A stretch of DNA of 64,000 bases from a virus, in the IMG/VR virus record IMGVR_UViG_3300041405_000225, positions 15,834 through 79,833 of that record; one strand, given 5' to 3'. Numbering within the stretch: position 1 is the first letter of the stretch; every line of letters starts with the position of its first letter. The notes beneath the pieces were generated by a model, which saw nothing but the letters and a program-made list of their open reading frames with translations, searched no databases and was not told the DNA's origin. The translations under genes and the position numbers were made by a program. Of the stretch, positions 19,459 through 29,150 are shown piece after piece.

Positions 19459-19880
19459 GATTTACCACCTGGTGGGAAGTCGCCCGGGGCCGCCGACAGC
19501 ACGTCGCCCAGCCACTTGGCAATGCGCTGCTGTTCATCCTTGGTTGCACGGTGCAGGAAGTCACGAACCTCATCCGCCGCCCGTTCGACCGCCTCACGCT
19601 TGGACGGTGCAAAGCGCCCCCACTTTGGAAAAGGCTTGTACCCCTGCGCAGAGCCGTTGCGCGAATTCAGGCATGCCGCCCACATCCAGCGATTTTCAAA
19701 AGGCTCGATCTCAATACTGATCAGCGGCAACTCACCCATGGTGCGTTGGCACGCCCACTTGTGCGGACGCATCAATTTCACCGTAAAGCCGGCGTCTACA
19801 GGCTCGGAAGCTGGCACAGAAAAAAGATCAAGCTGGATGCCGAAGGCTTTGCCTGTCTTGATGCCCTGGTTGGTGCGCAT
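19455..19880 (-). CDS. Hypothetical protein
   Basis: Start moved to MRTNQG because the upstream ATG lies in the -10 box. Confidence 0.55.
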   Translation of the reverse strand: MRTNQGIKTGKAFGIQLDLFSVPASEPVDAGFTVKLMRPHKWACQRTMGELPLISIEIEPFENRWMWAACLNSRNGSAQGYKPFPKWGRFAPSKREAVERAADEVRDFLHRATKDEQQRIAKWLGDVLSAAPGDFPPGGKS

Positions 19881-19908
19881 TGAGGTATTCCGTGCGGTGT
19901 TAATTGCC

Positions 19909-19955
19909 GACATAATGGCACAAAGGCGCTACATCACAATAGCGCTTTTATGTTT
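19909..19955 (-). promoter_or_regulatory. Conserved 47-bp early promoter/operator, copy 2
   Basis: Same motif and spacing. Confidence 0.75.
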
Positions 19956-19988
19956 AATTTCGACATAACCATTACGCAGGGTCGGGCA

Positions 19989-20624
19989 TCAGAACGATTC
20001 ATCTGCGGGCTTGAGGCTCACATTCGGCAGCTCAAACCTGACAATCAGACTGGATGACTCCTTGTCGCTCACCAGCCGTATGGCCGCCGCCCGAACGTCT
20101 TCAGGCGCCGCCTTCAACATCGCTTCGACGTTTGCATAACCGGCAGTATCCGGCACTTCCAGATAGGTATAGGTCAGGTCGCCCGTTGCAAGCGCTGAGC
20201 TCTCAAAGGCCATGAACTTCTTCACGTAGTCGTCTTGGCTCACCGTGTTTCTCAGCGTCACCATGTCGAGAAACGACTTTTCGTTTTCCAGTGAAATGAT
20301 GTTGAAGGACTTCGATAGCGCGTCGGACACTTTCGGGTACAGGCTCTGTTTGTACGGGGCAATCAGCGCCACCGTGCTCAGCCTGTCTTCCCGGAAGAAC
20401 AGGGCCGCGGTGAACTTCTCGCCGAGAAATTCGAAGTTATCGGTGCAACGCCCTTTTTGCTCGGGGTTGGAGCAGTCGTAGTAGCCTGCTGATTTCGTGT
20501 ATTTCCCGATAGGCGTGCCGTAGGTGTAGTCCTTGAACAGACTTACTCCAGCGGATGCGCTTGGGATGCCGGCGAGCATGCCCAGGCTGGAAGTTAGCGC
20601 GAAAGCGAGTAGCTTTTTTGACAT
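19989..20624 (-). CDS. Secreted/periplasmic protein (moron-like)
   Basis: Signal peptide MSKKLLAFALTSSLGMLAGIPSASA. Confidence 0.7.
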   Translation of the reverse strand: MSKKLLAFALTSSLGMLAGIPSASAGVSLFKDYTYGTPIGKYTKSAGYYDCSNPEQKGRCTDNFEFLGEKFTAALFFREDRLSTVALIAPYKQSLYPKVSDALSKSFNIISLENEKSFLDMVTLRNTVSQDDYVKKFMAFESSALATGDLTYTYLEVPDTAGYANVEAMLKAAPEDVRAAAIRLVSDKESSSLIVRFELPNVSLKPADESF

Positions 20625-20729
20625 TGAGGTCCATTCTCTTTGAGTAGTTAGGTGTCACTCCACCAGACAATACTATGAAAGAGATTGCGCGGCCTCTATC
20701 GGCGCTGCCAGGCGACTTTTTGCAGGGCC

Positions 20730-20760
20730 AAAAAAAGGCGGCACATTGGCCGCCTTCTTT
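20730..20760. terminator. Bidirectional intrinsic terminator
   Basis: A-tract, GGCGGC-loop-GCCGCC, T-rich tail. Confidence 0.65.
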
Positions 20761-20778
20761 CATTGTACCCACCGCAAC

Positions 20779-21063
20779 TTATGCGGCTTTCATTTTCACT
20801 GTTACATCAATTTCCAGATTGGCGCTGGCCAACATGTTCACCAGTGCATCCAAGGAAAATTTGTCGATCTTCCCCTTCAGCAAATCATTCAGCCGCGGCT
20901 GTGTCACATGCAACTGCTGAGCCGCTTCCTTCTGCGAGACATTCCAGGCCTTTACGGTCCTGGTGATTGCCCGCATCAACTTGGATCGCAGGCGCAGGTT
21001 TTCAGCCTCTTCTGGCGAATCAACCAACGCATCCCACACTGAGGTAGAGCGTTCGTTTGCCAT
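20779..21063 (-). CDS. higA: HigA-type XRE antitoxin
   Basis: SQKEAAQQLHVTQPRLNDLLKGKIDKFSLDAL; downstream of toxin. Confidence 0.85.
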   Translation of the reverse strand: MANERSTSVWDALVDSPEEAENLRLRSKLMRAITRTVKAWNVSQKEAAQQLHVTQPRLNDLLKGKIDKFSLDALVNMLASANLEIDVTVKMKAA

Positions 21064-21159
21064 TAGGTTATTCCCTCTAATTTTACTGCTTGGTTCGTTG
21101 AGTAGCGTTGAAGGTAGAAACGCCTTTCCCCCACCGATTGGTGAGGGGGCGCCCGTTCT

Positions 21160-21489
21160 TCAGTCCAGCGATTTCAACCGAGCTTTGCCCAAATCGATAT
21201 CGCGCTTTTCCGTCTTTTGAGTGGTCTTCCGGAACGCGTGCAACACGTAGATCGCTTCCGGTCGATTCGCCACATAAAACACGCGAAAAGCCCCGTCATC
21301 ACATTTAATCCGGATCTCTTGCACACCCGGACCAACTGTTTGCATCCACTTTGCATCATCCGGCTCATCGCCTTCTTGCAGGAGCTCCAACTGGTACCCT
21401 GCTCGCTGCTTCGCTTCACTCGGGAAGTCCCGCAGATCGTCCTTGCTACTACCAACCCATTCGATGGGCTTCAATGCCTGATTGTTCAT
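21160..21489 (-). CDS. higB: HigB/RelE-family toxin
   Basis: WVGSSKDDLRDFP...GYQL...GPGVQEIRI...VLHAFRKTTQKT. Confidence 0.88.
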   Translation of the reverse strand: MNNQALKPIEWVGSSKDDLRDFPSEAKQRAGYQLELLQEGDEPDDAKWMQTVGPGVQEIRIKCDDGAFRVFYVANRPEAIYVLHAFRKTTQKTEKRDIDLGKARLKSLD

Positions 21490-21696
21490 TACGATGATCC
21501 CTTAGCCGATGTCGTCGGCGGTTAAATTTGCGATGTGCGGCCATGATTGCCTCTCCTGTCATGTGGTGATGTTGGGTAGCCTGTCCGCCTAATATTTGGC
21601 ATTGGTCACAGAGCTTTTATTGACCCAACACGTATAATTTATATCCGTTTTGATATCGCGTCAAGGGCAACTATTTCGGGCGCTATACGTCGCCCG

Positions 21697-22068
21697 TCAG
21701 CGGCTTGATTTCTTGCGTTTCGAGATCTTCAACAGGGTGTAACCCGTACCGCAGGACGTGCATCGCCCTTTCATTGAGCCGGAGCGGGTTTGTCGGAGCG
21801 TGCCGCCGCAGCTTGAACACGGTTGCTCCGCGACACGCTCGGCCATCCGTTTGTTGATTGCGTCGGTGTTGTTGCGCCTGGGTGCTCCTATCCCCAACGC
21901 TTTGCTGACACGCCGATATTCCTCTTTGATCCACTTACCATCCGGCTCATCGCCCATGCCATCGCCAAGCATGTCGCCCAGCTTGACCAGATCGCGGTAC
22001 AAGGCCGCGGTTCGCTCATCACGGGGATTAGGTGCAGGGGCTGGCGAATCAAACAGGTCTGGCTGCAT
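21697..22068 (-). CDS. Hypothetical protein with C-terminal Zn ribbon
   Basis: Start MQPDLFD; CSSCGG...CTSCG. Confidence 0.55.
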   Translation of the reverse strand: MQPDLFDSPAPAPNPRDERTAALYRDLVKLGDMLGDGMGDEPDGKWIKEEYRRVSKALGIGAPRRNNTDAINKRMAERVAEQPCSSCGGTLRQTRSGSMKGRCTSCGTGYTLLKISKRKKSSR

Positions 22069-22468
22069 GGGTAGCAACCTCCGCGTAGAGCACCAGCACC
22101 TCTGGCACCTGCACCACATCCCCCCGATTGAGTCTCACCAGTGCACGGCAGAAAGCCTGAAGGATTGTTTCGCCGCCGGCGATCCGGCAAAAGCCTTCAG
22201 GGCTATTGTCCCGGGCAAAGGCGCGAAAGCGTGGCGGCTCGCTTCCGTCCACTATCCCGAAGCTCTTCGCATGCTTGTCCATCAGCGGGCCGCCTTGGTT
22301 CCAGTCCGTGGAAGGCCGGTAGGCGTAGCCTCGATCCTCAAGGGACACGCGCCAGTAGGTGCCGTTGTGCGGTGGTGACAGCTTCACCGCCACACCCACA
22401 ACTTGCGCCACCACCCAATCCAAGGCCCGCCCCTCAAGATCGGCAAGTTTTACCTCGATCATGTTCAT
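22049..22468 (-). CDS. NinX/DUF2591-like phage protein
   Basis: LEGRALDWVVA...YRPSTDWNQGGPL. Confidence 0.7.
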   Translation of the reverse strand: MNMIEVKLADLEGRALDWVVAQVVGVAVKLSPPHNGTYWRVSLEDRGYAYRPSTDWNQGGPLMDKHAKSFGIVDGSEPPRFRAFARDNSPEGFCRIAGGETILQAFCRALVRLNRGDVVQVPEVLVLYAEVATHAARPV

Positions 22469-22788
22469 TGCGGCGACTCCACAGCGGGCACGAACGGCAC
22501 AGTGATAATGCCGAAGCGCTCTGCCCCAATAGCGCTACGCCCACCTGGATGCGCACTCATCCAAGCTTCACGGGCTTCCTCAGCGCGCACCCACTCGTTT
22601 TGCGGCGCCGCAGTGTCCGGCCAGTCAGGTTTGCCCCGTTGGTAAGCCTCCAGTTCGCTTCGGAAAGCCTCTGCTTCAGCATGGCAGCCGAAGCCCTTGA
22701 TGAATTCAGGCTGTTCGTAATCGACCTCAATCGTGACCAGGTAGCACTGGTGGGCAACGACTTTTTGCGGCTGCTCACTCATCACCAC
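22465..22788 (-). CDS. Hypothetical protein
   Basis: Coupled ORF. Confidence 0.55.
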   Translation of the reverse strand: MVMSEQPQKVVAHQCYLVTIEVDYEQPEFIKGFGCHAEAEAFRSELEAYQRGKPDWPDTAAPQNEWVRAEEAREAWMSAHPGGRSAIGAERFGIITVPFVPAVESPQ

Positions 22789-23024
22789 ACCCCTCCGTTG
22801 ATATGGCAGTACCCGGCAGCAGTCAGCCGAATGTGTTTCTCGCGCTCCCTCGGCGGGCCGTCACTATCACCATCCATCACAAATAGAGTCGCTGACTCTT
22901 CGAACAGGTTCGCCTTGGTGCCGTACAGCTCAGTGGCCAGCGCTTTGGCTAGGGCTGTATCAGCAACGATCTTGTCTATGAGCTGCTGCAACTCGGCCTC
23001 CTTGCGCTTACTCATCGACTGCAC
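22782..23024 (-). CDS. Hypothetical protein
   Basis: Coupled ORF. Confidence 0.5.
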   Translation of the reverse strand: MQSMSKRKEAELQQLIDKIVADTALAKALATELYGTKANLFEESATLFVMDGDSDGPPREREKHIRLTAAGYCHINGGVW

Positions 23025-23586
23025 CCTCTAGCATCGTTTCCCCAATTGGCGGCTTCCACAGTGCCGCGCCGTGGTAGGTGTAACCCTTAGCGTTCAGGGT
23101 ATTGATTGCGGCTACTGCTGCGCCCACAGCGCCTAACGTGTACACCGCCGTTTTCGAACACATGCGATCGGTAATGAGTTCCGCGTATTCAGGAGTGAAT
23201 ACGGTCTGGTTACCACCGCACGCTGCGTAATCACCAATCACCGCAAATGGCTCAATGTCAGCCACGGACGGTTCAGGGGTGGCGTCGAGCATCTGCGACC
23301 ACGCACTGATAGCGCGCCCCCGGGCCAGATGCTTGTCATCAACCTCATCATCTACGGCCTTGAGCATTTCGTTGGTTGGCTGGATTGGTACAAGCTTCCA
23401 TCCATCCGGCACCACCGATACCGGCGCGGCGCGCAGGTTCCACGGCGTCATATCCTTCAGCACGTCAACCGAGACATGGCAGTCCGTACACTGCACAAAC
23501 TGACCATCGGCATTGGCATACCCCAGCAGATTTATTTCAGCGCACCCACACAACGGGCACGGCAAAAGTTTTATTTCGTTGGTCAT
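23008..23586 (-). CDS. Protein with Lar-like Zn ribbon N-terminus
   Basis: LLPCPLCG...VQCTDC...WNLR, then VPDGWKLVP..PTNEM. Confidence 0.55.
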   Translation of the reverse strand: MTNEIKLLPCPLCGCAEINLLGYANADGQFVQCTDCHVSVDVLKDMTPWNLRAAPVSVVPDGWKLVPIQPTNEMLKAVDDEVDDKHLARGRAISAWSQMLDATPEPSVADIEPFAVIGDYAACGGNQTVFTPEYAELITDRMCSKTAVYTLGAVGAAVAAINTLNAKGYTYHGAALWKPPIGETMLEGAVDE

Positions 23587-23587
23587 G

Positions 23588-23887
23588 TCATTCGCCTTCG
23601 TTGGCCAGTTGGTTCAGGCGCTGGCCAGACGTGCCAGGGATTCCTTGGCTGCGCTCGATGCCTTGAGCGACCTCAACCAGCGCCAACCCTGCATAAGTGA
23701 ATTCGTAACGCTTGAACCCCACAGACCGGATAAGCCCAACTCGCGCCAGCGACTTCATCCGGTCCGCTGGAACGTCATAACCCTGGCCATCCTCGGTGGT
23801 TTCATGAAACCGAAGAACATCCCTATGTTGTTGCTCAGTCAGCACCAGCTGCACTTCTATCGCTTTGTTCGTCATACCGCCCCCCAT
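23588..23887 (-). CDS. Hypothetical protein
   Basis: Coupled ORF. Confidence 0.55.
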   Translation of the reverse strand: MGGGMTNKAIEVQLVLTEQQHRDVLRFHETTEDGQGYDVPADRMKSLARVGLIRSVGFKRYEFTYAGLALVEVAQGIERSQGIPGTSGQRLNQLANEGE

Positions 23888-24363
23888 GGCGTAAGTGGTG
23901 TGTCGTAACCCAGCGTTAGCGGGTGCAGTGGGTCGCCCGCCTTGGTGGTACCGAAATGCAGCACCGGCTTACCGCTGGCCAGCAACAGGTGCAGGGTGTT
24001 TTTGATGTAGTAGTGCAAGCTGGCCGGCACCTTGGCGGATACGCCCCAGCACGGCACCAGCACGTCGGCGACTTCGATAATCTCGCCCAAGTGCTGGATA
24101 TGGTCGGGACCGCAGGGCTGCTCAATGGTCGCCAGTGCGTTTACGTCAGTCGCCCGGTATGAGAAGACGTTGCCCACGACGAACTTGCGCCCACCGTTGC
24201 GCAGCGTGAAACCGCGCCACTTGCGCACGGTGTGATCGTCAATCAAGGCGTCTGCGGTTGATGGGTTGATGCCGAAGTACGCGATCACCAGGCCTTGCTC
24301 TTGGATGTCGCGATCGAGGCGGTAGCGATACAGTCCGCAGTCGCTGAGTACGGCACTATTCAT
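23872..24363 (-). CDS. DUF1643 family protein
   Basis: SDCGLYRYRL...GINPSTAD...NVFSYRATD...TKAGDPLHPL. Confidence 0.85.
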   Translation of the reverse strand: MNSAVLSDCGLYRYRLDRDIQEQGLVIAYFGINPSTADALIDDHTVRKWRGFTLRNGGRKFVVGNVFSYRATDVNALATIEQPCGPDHIQHLGEIIEVADVLVPCWGVSAKVPASLHYYIKNTLHLLLASGKPVLHFGTTKAGDPLHPLTLGYDTPLTPWGAV

Positions 24364-24587
24364 GGCTTTACCTGCTCGCCCGTGGCGATGTTGCGGACTG
24401 AGAAAAGCTTGTAGCCCTTTGGGATAGCATCCGGGTATTGGGCCGCAGTAACGATTTCATGAATATCCTCGGTGCCCATGTCTTCGGATTTCACAGTAAA
24501 ACCTTTCTTTCCCCACTTTGGGTCAGGTCGCATCCCGTCAGAAAGGGAATAACCGATTACTCGATATTCGATGCTGAACACCGTCAT
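24360..24587 (-). CDS. Hypothetical protein
   Basis: Coupled ORF. Confidence 0.5.
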   Translation of the reverse strand: MTVFSIEYRVIGYSLSDGMRPDPKWGKKGFTVKSEDMGTEDIHEIVTAAQYPDAIPKGYKLFSVRNIATGEQVKP

Positions 24588-24702
24588 TCGCTTGCACCCG
24601 ATTCGATTGGATTGATCTCGGGCGCTACAACCGCGACAGGTACCGGGTGTGCAAGACGCTGCAACAGGTCGAGGGATAACCCTTCAATCGTCTGGTACTT
24701 GC

Positions 24703-24912
24703 TCATAAGTGCAATCTCTCCTTGATCTCGGTGTACTGGTCAGCGCTCAGCTTGTGGTGATGCATCGCTTCGCGTAGCAGCGTTTGCGCGGCAGAAACAT
24801 GCTCCGGGGTCTTACCTTCCGAGAGTTTTTCGACTGTGCGCTCAACATGGCCGCGACTGGTGAACGTGATCCCGTGCGACTTCCACGGGAATTTTTGTTG
24901 GCCTGGGATCAT
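24703..24912 (-). CDS. Hypothetical protein
   Basis: Coupled ORF. Confidence 0.5.
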   Translation of the reverse strand: MIPGQQKFPWKSHGITFTSRGHVERTVEKLSEGKTPEHVSAAQTLLREAMHHHKLSADQYTEIKERLHL

Positions 24913-25403
24913 TGGTCACCGCCTTGACCTGCCTGATTGGCGTTGCGGAATTCCACAAAGCAGTGAGCCAGGTCATCGGCGCCGTTCTGTACAAGATCCG
25001 GCGTGTCCGTGAGATACGGCAGTGCCTTCCCCATCAGCCGCAAGGCCTCTGCCAACTGCTTTTGCAGCGCAGCCACATGCGCCTGCGATCGGGATAATTC
25101 CGACTCATCACTGGCGGTGCCAGCTACCACTACAGGCGTGTGGTTAGGGACATAGTTGATAAGCCCTTTGGCTTGAATGCAGCGAAGCGCTTCACGCACC
25201 GGCATACGACTGATGCCGTAGTGGTCAGCGATGGATTGCTGACTCATCTTGGTGCCGATCGGTAGCGCTCCGCTGGTGATGGCCAGCGCAAGCTGACCAG
25301 CGATAAACACACCGTCAACCTGGCGGTCAGGGCGTGGCCCCAGCGCATTCAGAAGTACTTCACACATGGCAACTCTCCCGTACTCAATCGTGTAGGTGCG
25401 CAC
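24909..25403 (-). CDS. GntR-family wHTH protein
   Basis: ITSGALPIG...IADHYGISRMPVREAL...GLI. Confidence 0.8.
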   Translation of the reverse strand: MRTYTIEYGRVAMCEVLLNALGPRPDRQVDGVFIAGQLALAITSGALPIGTKMSQQSIADHYGISRMPVREALRCIQAKGLINYVPNHTPVVVAGTASDESELSRSQAHVAALQKQLAEALRLMGKALPYLTDTPDLVQNGADDLAHCFVEFRNANQAGQGGDQ

Positions 25404-25734
25404 GGTTCCCCGTGTGCTGGTAATGCATGTCTTGAATGGCCAGCTGCTGATCGACAGTGAACAACGGGTTGCAAGTGTTGCAGTGCCCCGCCACTTTGAT
25501 GGCCGAGTAGTGAAGCGATATTGAGCTGTAATCCCGGTAGCAGGATGGGCAGCGAATCCCCTCCACGTTGCAGCAGGTCAGGGCCTTGTCATCGTCGTCG
25601 TGGTGCTCCGCGCATACCGGGCAGACGTAGATGGTGTGGACTTCCGGCATGCAACATTCACGCGCACCGTCTTCATCTTCGTGAATGTCTTTGCACTCAC
25701 CGCAGCGGTACAGCTCTTTAACTTTTATGTTCAA
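25384..25734 (-). CDS. Cys-rich Zn-finger protein
   Basis: Multiple CxxC. Confidence 0.65.
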   Translation of the reverse strand: MNIKVKELYRCGECKDIHEDEDGARECCMPEVHTIYVCPVCAEHHDDDDKALTCCNVEGIRCPSCYRDYSSISLHYSAIKVAGHCNTCNPLFTVDQQLAIQDMHYQHTGNRAHLHD

Positions 25735-25748
25735 GGCTGAATCCCCAG

Positions 25749-26360
25749 TCAGGCGATGACCCGCTCACCGATAACAGCAGTCGTGAAAGACGGTGTGTAT
25801 TCGACTTCAAGGCTGAATGCACCTGCGCAGATACCGCACGTCATCGTCTTGCTTCTGTAGTCCTCGGTCTCCAGATGGACTTTGGTGGCGCAATGCGGAC
25901 ACAGGCACTCATCCATGCACTCAAAGTCGTGATCGTCGTAGCCCTCTTCGGCGAACTTGGCCAGCGCTTCAGCCTTGGCGATCGCAGCTAAAACATCACC
26001 GCACGGCTTGCACATAAAGCCATCCGGGTGTCCCCACGGTGTTTCTGTGAGCTTTGAACGATGGGTACTGCACCGCACGCATACGTTGTGTTTGTCACAA
26101 ACGACGTAGCTGTATTTCTCACCTTTCCCGTTGCACTTTGCGCAGCCAGACACCCAGTACCAGGCGCCCTCGATCCGCTCGGCGTACAGCCCAACCTCGG
26201 GCGGATCCAGACGCACTTCGGGAAGGCCGTTACGGTGCGGACGCCCGTGCAACGCGTTATTCCATATGCAGGTGTTGCCAGAACGCGTGAGGTCAGTCCA
26301 TTCACCGGATATTTCCGGGATCAGGATCTTGGTGTCTTTGTCCATGGGGTGAAACTCCAT
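25749..26360 (-). CDS. Cys-rich hypothetical phage protein
   Basis: Five CxxC motifs. Confidence 0.65.
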   Translation of the reverse strand: MEFHPMDKDTKILIPEISGEWTDLTRSGNTCIWNNALHGRPHRNGLPEVRLDPPEVGLYAERIEGAWYWVSGCAKCNGKGEKYSYVVCDKHNVCVRCSTHRSKLTETPWGHPDGFMCKPCGDVLAAIAKAEALAKFAEEGYDDHDFECMDECLCPHCATKVHLETEDYRSKTMTCGICAGAFSLEVEYTPSFTTAVIGERVIA

Positions 26361-26400
26361 TCATGCGCCGCCATCGAGCACGACAGCGGCGCAGCAGTGA

Positions 26401-27408
26401 TCAGGCCTTGGCCCGCTTCAGTTGATCCATCAGCGCCGTCGGCAGACTGCGCAAGGTCAGAGTGCCGCCCTCTTTGTCGAACTCGACCTTGTTGCCCAGC
26501 AGGTGCGATTCGAAGCTGATCGACAGGCCTTCAGTGCGGGCGGTGAAGCGGCGGAATTGGTTGATGGTGCGCTTGTCGGCTGGGATCTCAGGCGACAGAC
26601 CATAGGCCGCGTCACGGGCGAACTCGGCAAACGCCTTGGGGTTGTCCTCATCGATCAGCTCTGACAGCTCGTCGAGGGTGAGCAGACCGCCGATTTTGGT
26701 CTGACTGGTGGCGTAGTCGACCAGCGTTAGGGTTTTCTCCCGGGCGGACTCTTCCGACAGATCCTCGCGTTCCACAAAGTCGCTGAAGGCTTTGAGCAAG
26801 GTCCGGGTTTCGCCCGGCGAATCGATACCTTCCTGGCAGCCGATGAAGTCACGGAAGTACTCCGACGACTTGCGCCCGTTCTTGCCCTTGATGAAGGAAA
26901 TGTACTGCCTCGACTTCGGGTTGCCCTGCCATTCAGAAATGTTGATACGCGCGGCCAGGTGCAGCTGGCTCAGATCCAGATGGCGGGCCGGGCTGACATC
27001 GAGCTGTTCGGTCACAGTCACGCCGTCGCTGTGGTGCAGAAGTGCGATCGCCAGATAGTCGGTAAGGCCCTGCTGGTAGTGGGCAAACAGAACGTGGCCA
27101 CCGACGGACAGATTCGATTCTTCCATCAGCTTTTGCAGGTGCTCCACCGCGTCACGACTGAACTGAATGAACTCAGTAGTCCCGGCCAGATACTGTTTCA
27201 GCCAGCCGCTGAATGGGAACGCCCCGGATTCAGCATGGAACAAGCCCCACGCTTTGCCCTGCTTGGCGTTGTAGCTCTCGTTCAGGTCGCCCAGCATGTT
27301 GTCGAGTGCGGCGGATTCGGCCAGTTCGGTGTCACGAGCGTGCAGCACCGCGGGGGTGCCGTCAGGCTTCTTGTCGATCAGGTGCACGATGGCATGGCGG
27401 ATTGGCAT
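26401..27408 (-). CDS. yejK: Nucleoid-associated protein YejK/NdpA
   Basis: [17 protein letters not shown]...[18 protein letters not shown]...YFRDFIGC. Confidence 0.92.
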   Translation of the reverse strand: MPIRHAIVHLIDKKPDGTPAVLHARDTELAESAALDNMLGDLNESYNAKQGKAWGLFHAESGAFPFSGWLKQYLAGTTEFIQFSRDAVEHLQKLMEESNLSVGGHVLFAHYQQGLTDYLAIALLHHSDGVTVTEQLDVSPARHLDLSQLHLAARINISEWQGNPKSRQYISFIKGKNGRKSSEYFRDFIGCQEGIDSPGETRTLLKAFSDFVEREDLSEESAREKTLTLVDYATSQTKIGGLLTLDELSELIDEDNPKAFAEFARDAAYGLSPEIPADKRTINQFRRFTARTEGLSISFESHLLGNKVEFDKEGGTLTLRSLPTALMDQLKRAKA

Positions 27409-27461
27409 TTGATGTCCTTGAGAAAAGTTCGGCGCACCACCAACGGCGCGCCGGCTGGCGA

Positions 27462-28232
27462 TTAGTCGAGGTGGTAGGTGAAGTCTTCTTCGCGGCAGTC
27501 GACGATTAGCTTGGCGCCACCGAAATACAGGGCCGCAATCTGGCGTTGCCACTTCGACGTCATGTTGAAGTGACGCCCGATCGGCTGGCCGTCCAACTGC
27601 GCGCTGTAGACCTCGCCGTATTCGTGGCCTTTGTCGGTGTGGCCAGTGATACGAATGCTCAGCCGATTGGCGTAATCCGCCTCGGAGCGGGTCCGCTCGC
27701 GCAGCTTGTTGCGATCGCGGTAGCTGATTTCTGGCTCTGCGTCGAAGAAAACGTGAACATAGCGCACGCGCGCACCGCCGGCTTCGTTGATGGTGATATG
27801 CGGTACATGCCAAGCCTTTTCGCTTGCCTTTTCCTGATTCACATCGACGAACGCCTCAAGCAGCTGATTCAGGCTGATGAACTCAGGGATCACGTCGTCA
27901 TGCAGCACTTCGTCAATCGCCTGTTCGGCGCGACGTAGCATGTCGCCGGTCACGCCTGCATCCATCCAGCGCTTTTTGAGCGATGTAATGATCAGGTCGT
28001 TGTAGCGCGGTAGATCGATCAGGTTGGAAATGTTCGATGGCAGGGCCTTGGCAATCTCATCGCGCACCGAACTGCTGAAGGTGCCGTGGGGGCTGAAGAC
28101 ATCCTTGACGACATCGGTAAACAAACGCTCTACACAGGCCTTGATGATCTCGCCAGGCCGGTCGCTGTTTGAAAAGGCTTTGACATGCTCTGTCATCACC
28201 TCTTCAAGCGTCTTACTTTTCGCTGCACACAT
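27462..28232 (-). CDS. Hypothetical phage protein
   Basis: 256-aa ORF with GGAG RBS. Confidence 0.65.
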   Translation of the reverse strand: MCAAKSKTLEEVMTEHVKAFSNSDRPGEIIKACVERLFTDVVKDVFSPHGTFSSSVRDEIAKALPSNISNLIDLPRYNDLIITSLKKRWMDAGVTGDMLRRAEQAIDEVLHDDVIPEFISLNQLLEAFVDVNQEKASEKAWHVPHITINEAGGARVRYVHVFFDAEPEISYRDRNKLRERTRSEADYANRLSIRITGHTDKGHEYGEVYSAQLDGQPIGRHFNMTSKWQRQIAALYFGGAKLIVDCREEDFTYHLD

Positions 28233-28263
28233 AGTGTTACTCCCTACTTCACACTCGTGAAAA

Positions 28264-28623
28264 TCAGTCGTTGGCGTGCGGGATATCGAGAATCACGCGA
28301 CGCCCTATGAACGGTTCCAGCCGTTTCGCCAGCAGCGCGGCCACTTCCTGCCGCCCGGTCTTGCCTGCTGATCCCAAACTGCTGCCTTCAAGGGCCTCGA
28401 CCAGAATCGCCGCGTTCGTGTGCCCCACCTCCACCGCCTGCCCGGCCTCCAACCGCTGCACCAGATCGGTAGCAGCCAGCGCCCAAACGTCGGCGCTGAA
28501 AAACGGCTCTTCAACCGTTTCGAAGGTTTCAAGCATTACCTGGGGGGAGGACAGGAACCGAAGCCGGTCGAGCAAGACACCTGCTGCGAACCGGCTTATC
28601 ACCAAAAACTGCGGAGAATTCAT
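28264..28623 (-). CDS. Hypothetical protein
   Basis: Start moved to MNSPQF, downstream of the conserved promoter. Confidence 0.55.
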   Translation of the reverse strand: MNSPQFLVISRFAAGVLLDRLRFLSSPQVMLETFETVEEPFFSADVWALAATDLVQRLEAGQAVEVGHTNAAILVEALEGSSLGSAGKTGRQEVAALLAKRLEPFIGRRVILDIPHAND

Positions 28624-28654
28624 CGTCTGAGCCCTGGACTGGTTAACCGTCCTA

Positions 28655-28701
28655 GACATAATGACACAACATCACAATATCACAATAGCGTTTCTATGTT
28701 T
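28655..28701 (-). promoter_or_regulatory. Conserved 47-bp early promoter/operator, copy 3
   Basis: Same motif and spacing. Confidence 0.75.
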
Positions 28702-28719
28702 TTGTGATGGACTGATTCC

Positions 28720-29148
28720 CTACGCGGCTGCCTCGTTCTGATGGTCCTGGTACTGCTGGCTGGCGTACCACTTGGCCAACAGCGCCCGGACCTCTACCGG
28801 CACATCGCGCCCCGCTACCTCAACCATCTGCGTGCAGGCCTCCAGCAACGCGATCTCCCGCGCATACTCAGCAATGAACTCGGCCTTGTTGCCGTGAACC
28901 GCCTTCATCGACTTGATGGGGCCGGTACCGGGCTGGTGGTGGCCAGCGCACAGCGGCAACACGTACCAGTGCGCGTGCTTCTTGGTGCGCCCGTCACAGT
29001 GGTGGATCGACACGTACGCGTGCTCTTCGTAATTGCGCGGCCTGCCGTCCAAGATGCAGCAGATACACCCGCACACGTCTGCTACGGTGTCGTGCCAGCG
29101 TTGTTCACCCTTCGTCTTACTTCTTCCGTCCATTGCCATGCTCACCAC
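28720..29148 (-). CDS. ref: Ref-family RecA-dependent HNH nuclease
   Basis: GCICC...IHHCDGRTKKHAH..VLPLCAGHHQ...VHG. Confidence 0.85.
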   Translation of the reverse strand: MVSMAMDGRSKTKGEQRWHDTVADVCGCICCILDGRPRNYEEHAYVSIHHCDGRTKKHAHWYVLPLCAGHHQPGTGPIKSMKAVHGNKAEFIAEYAREIALLEACTQMVEVAGRDVPVEVRALLAKWYASQQYQDHQNEAAA

Positions 29149-29150
29149 CC

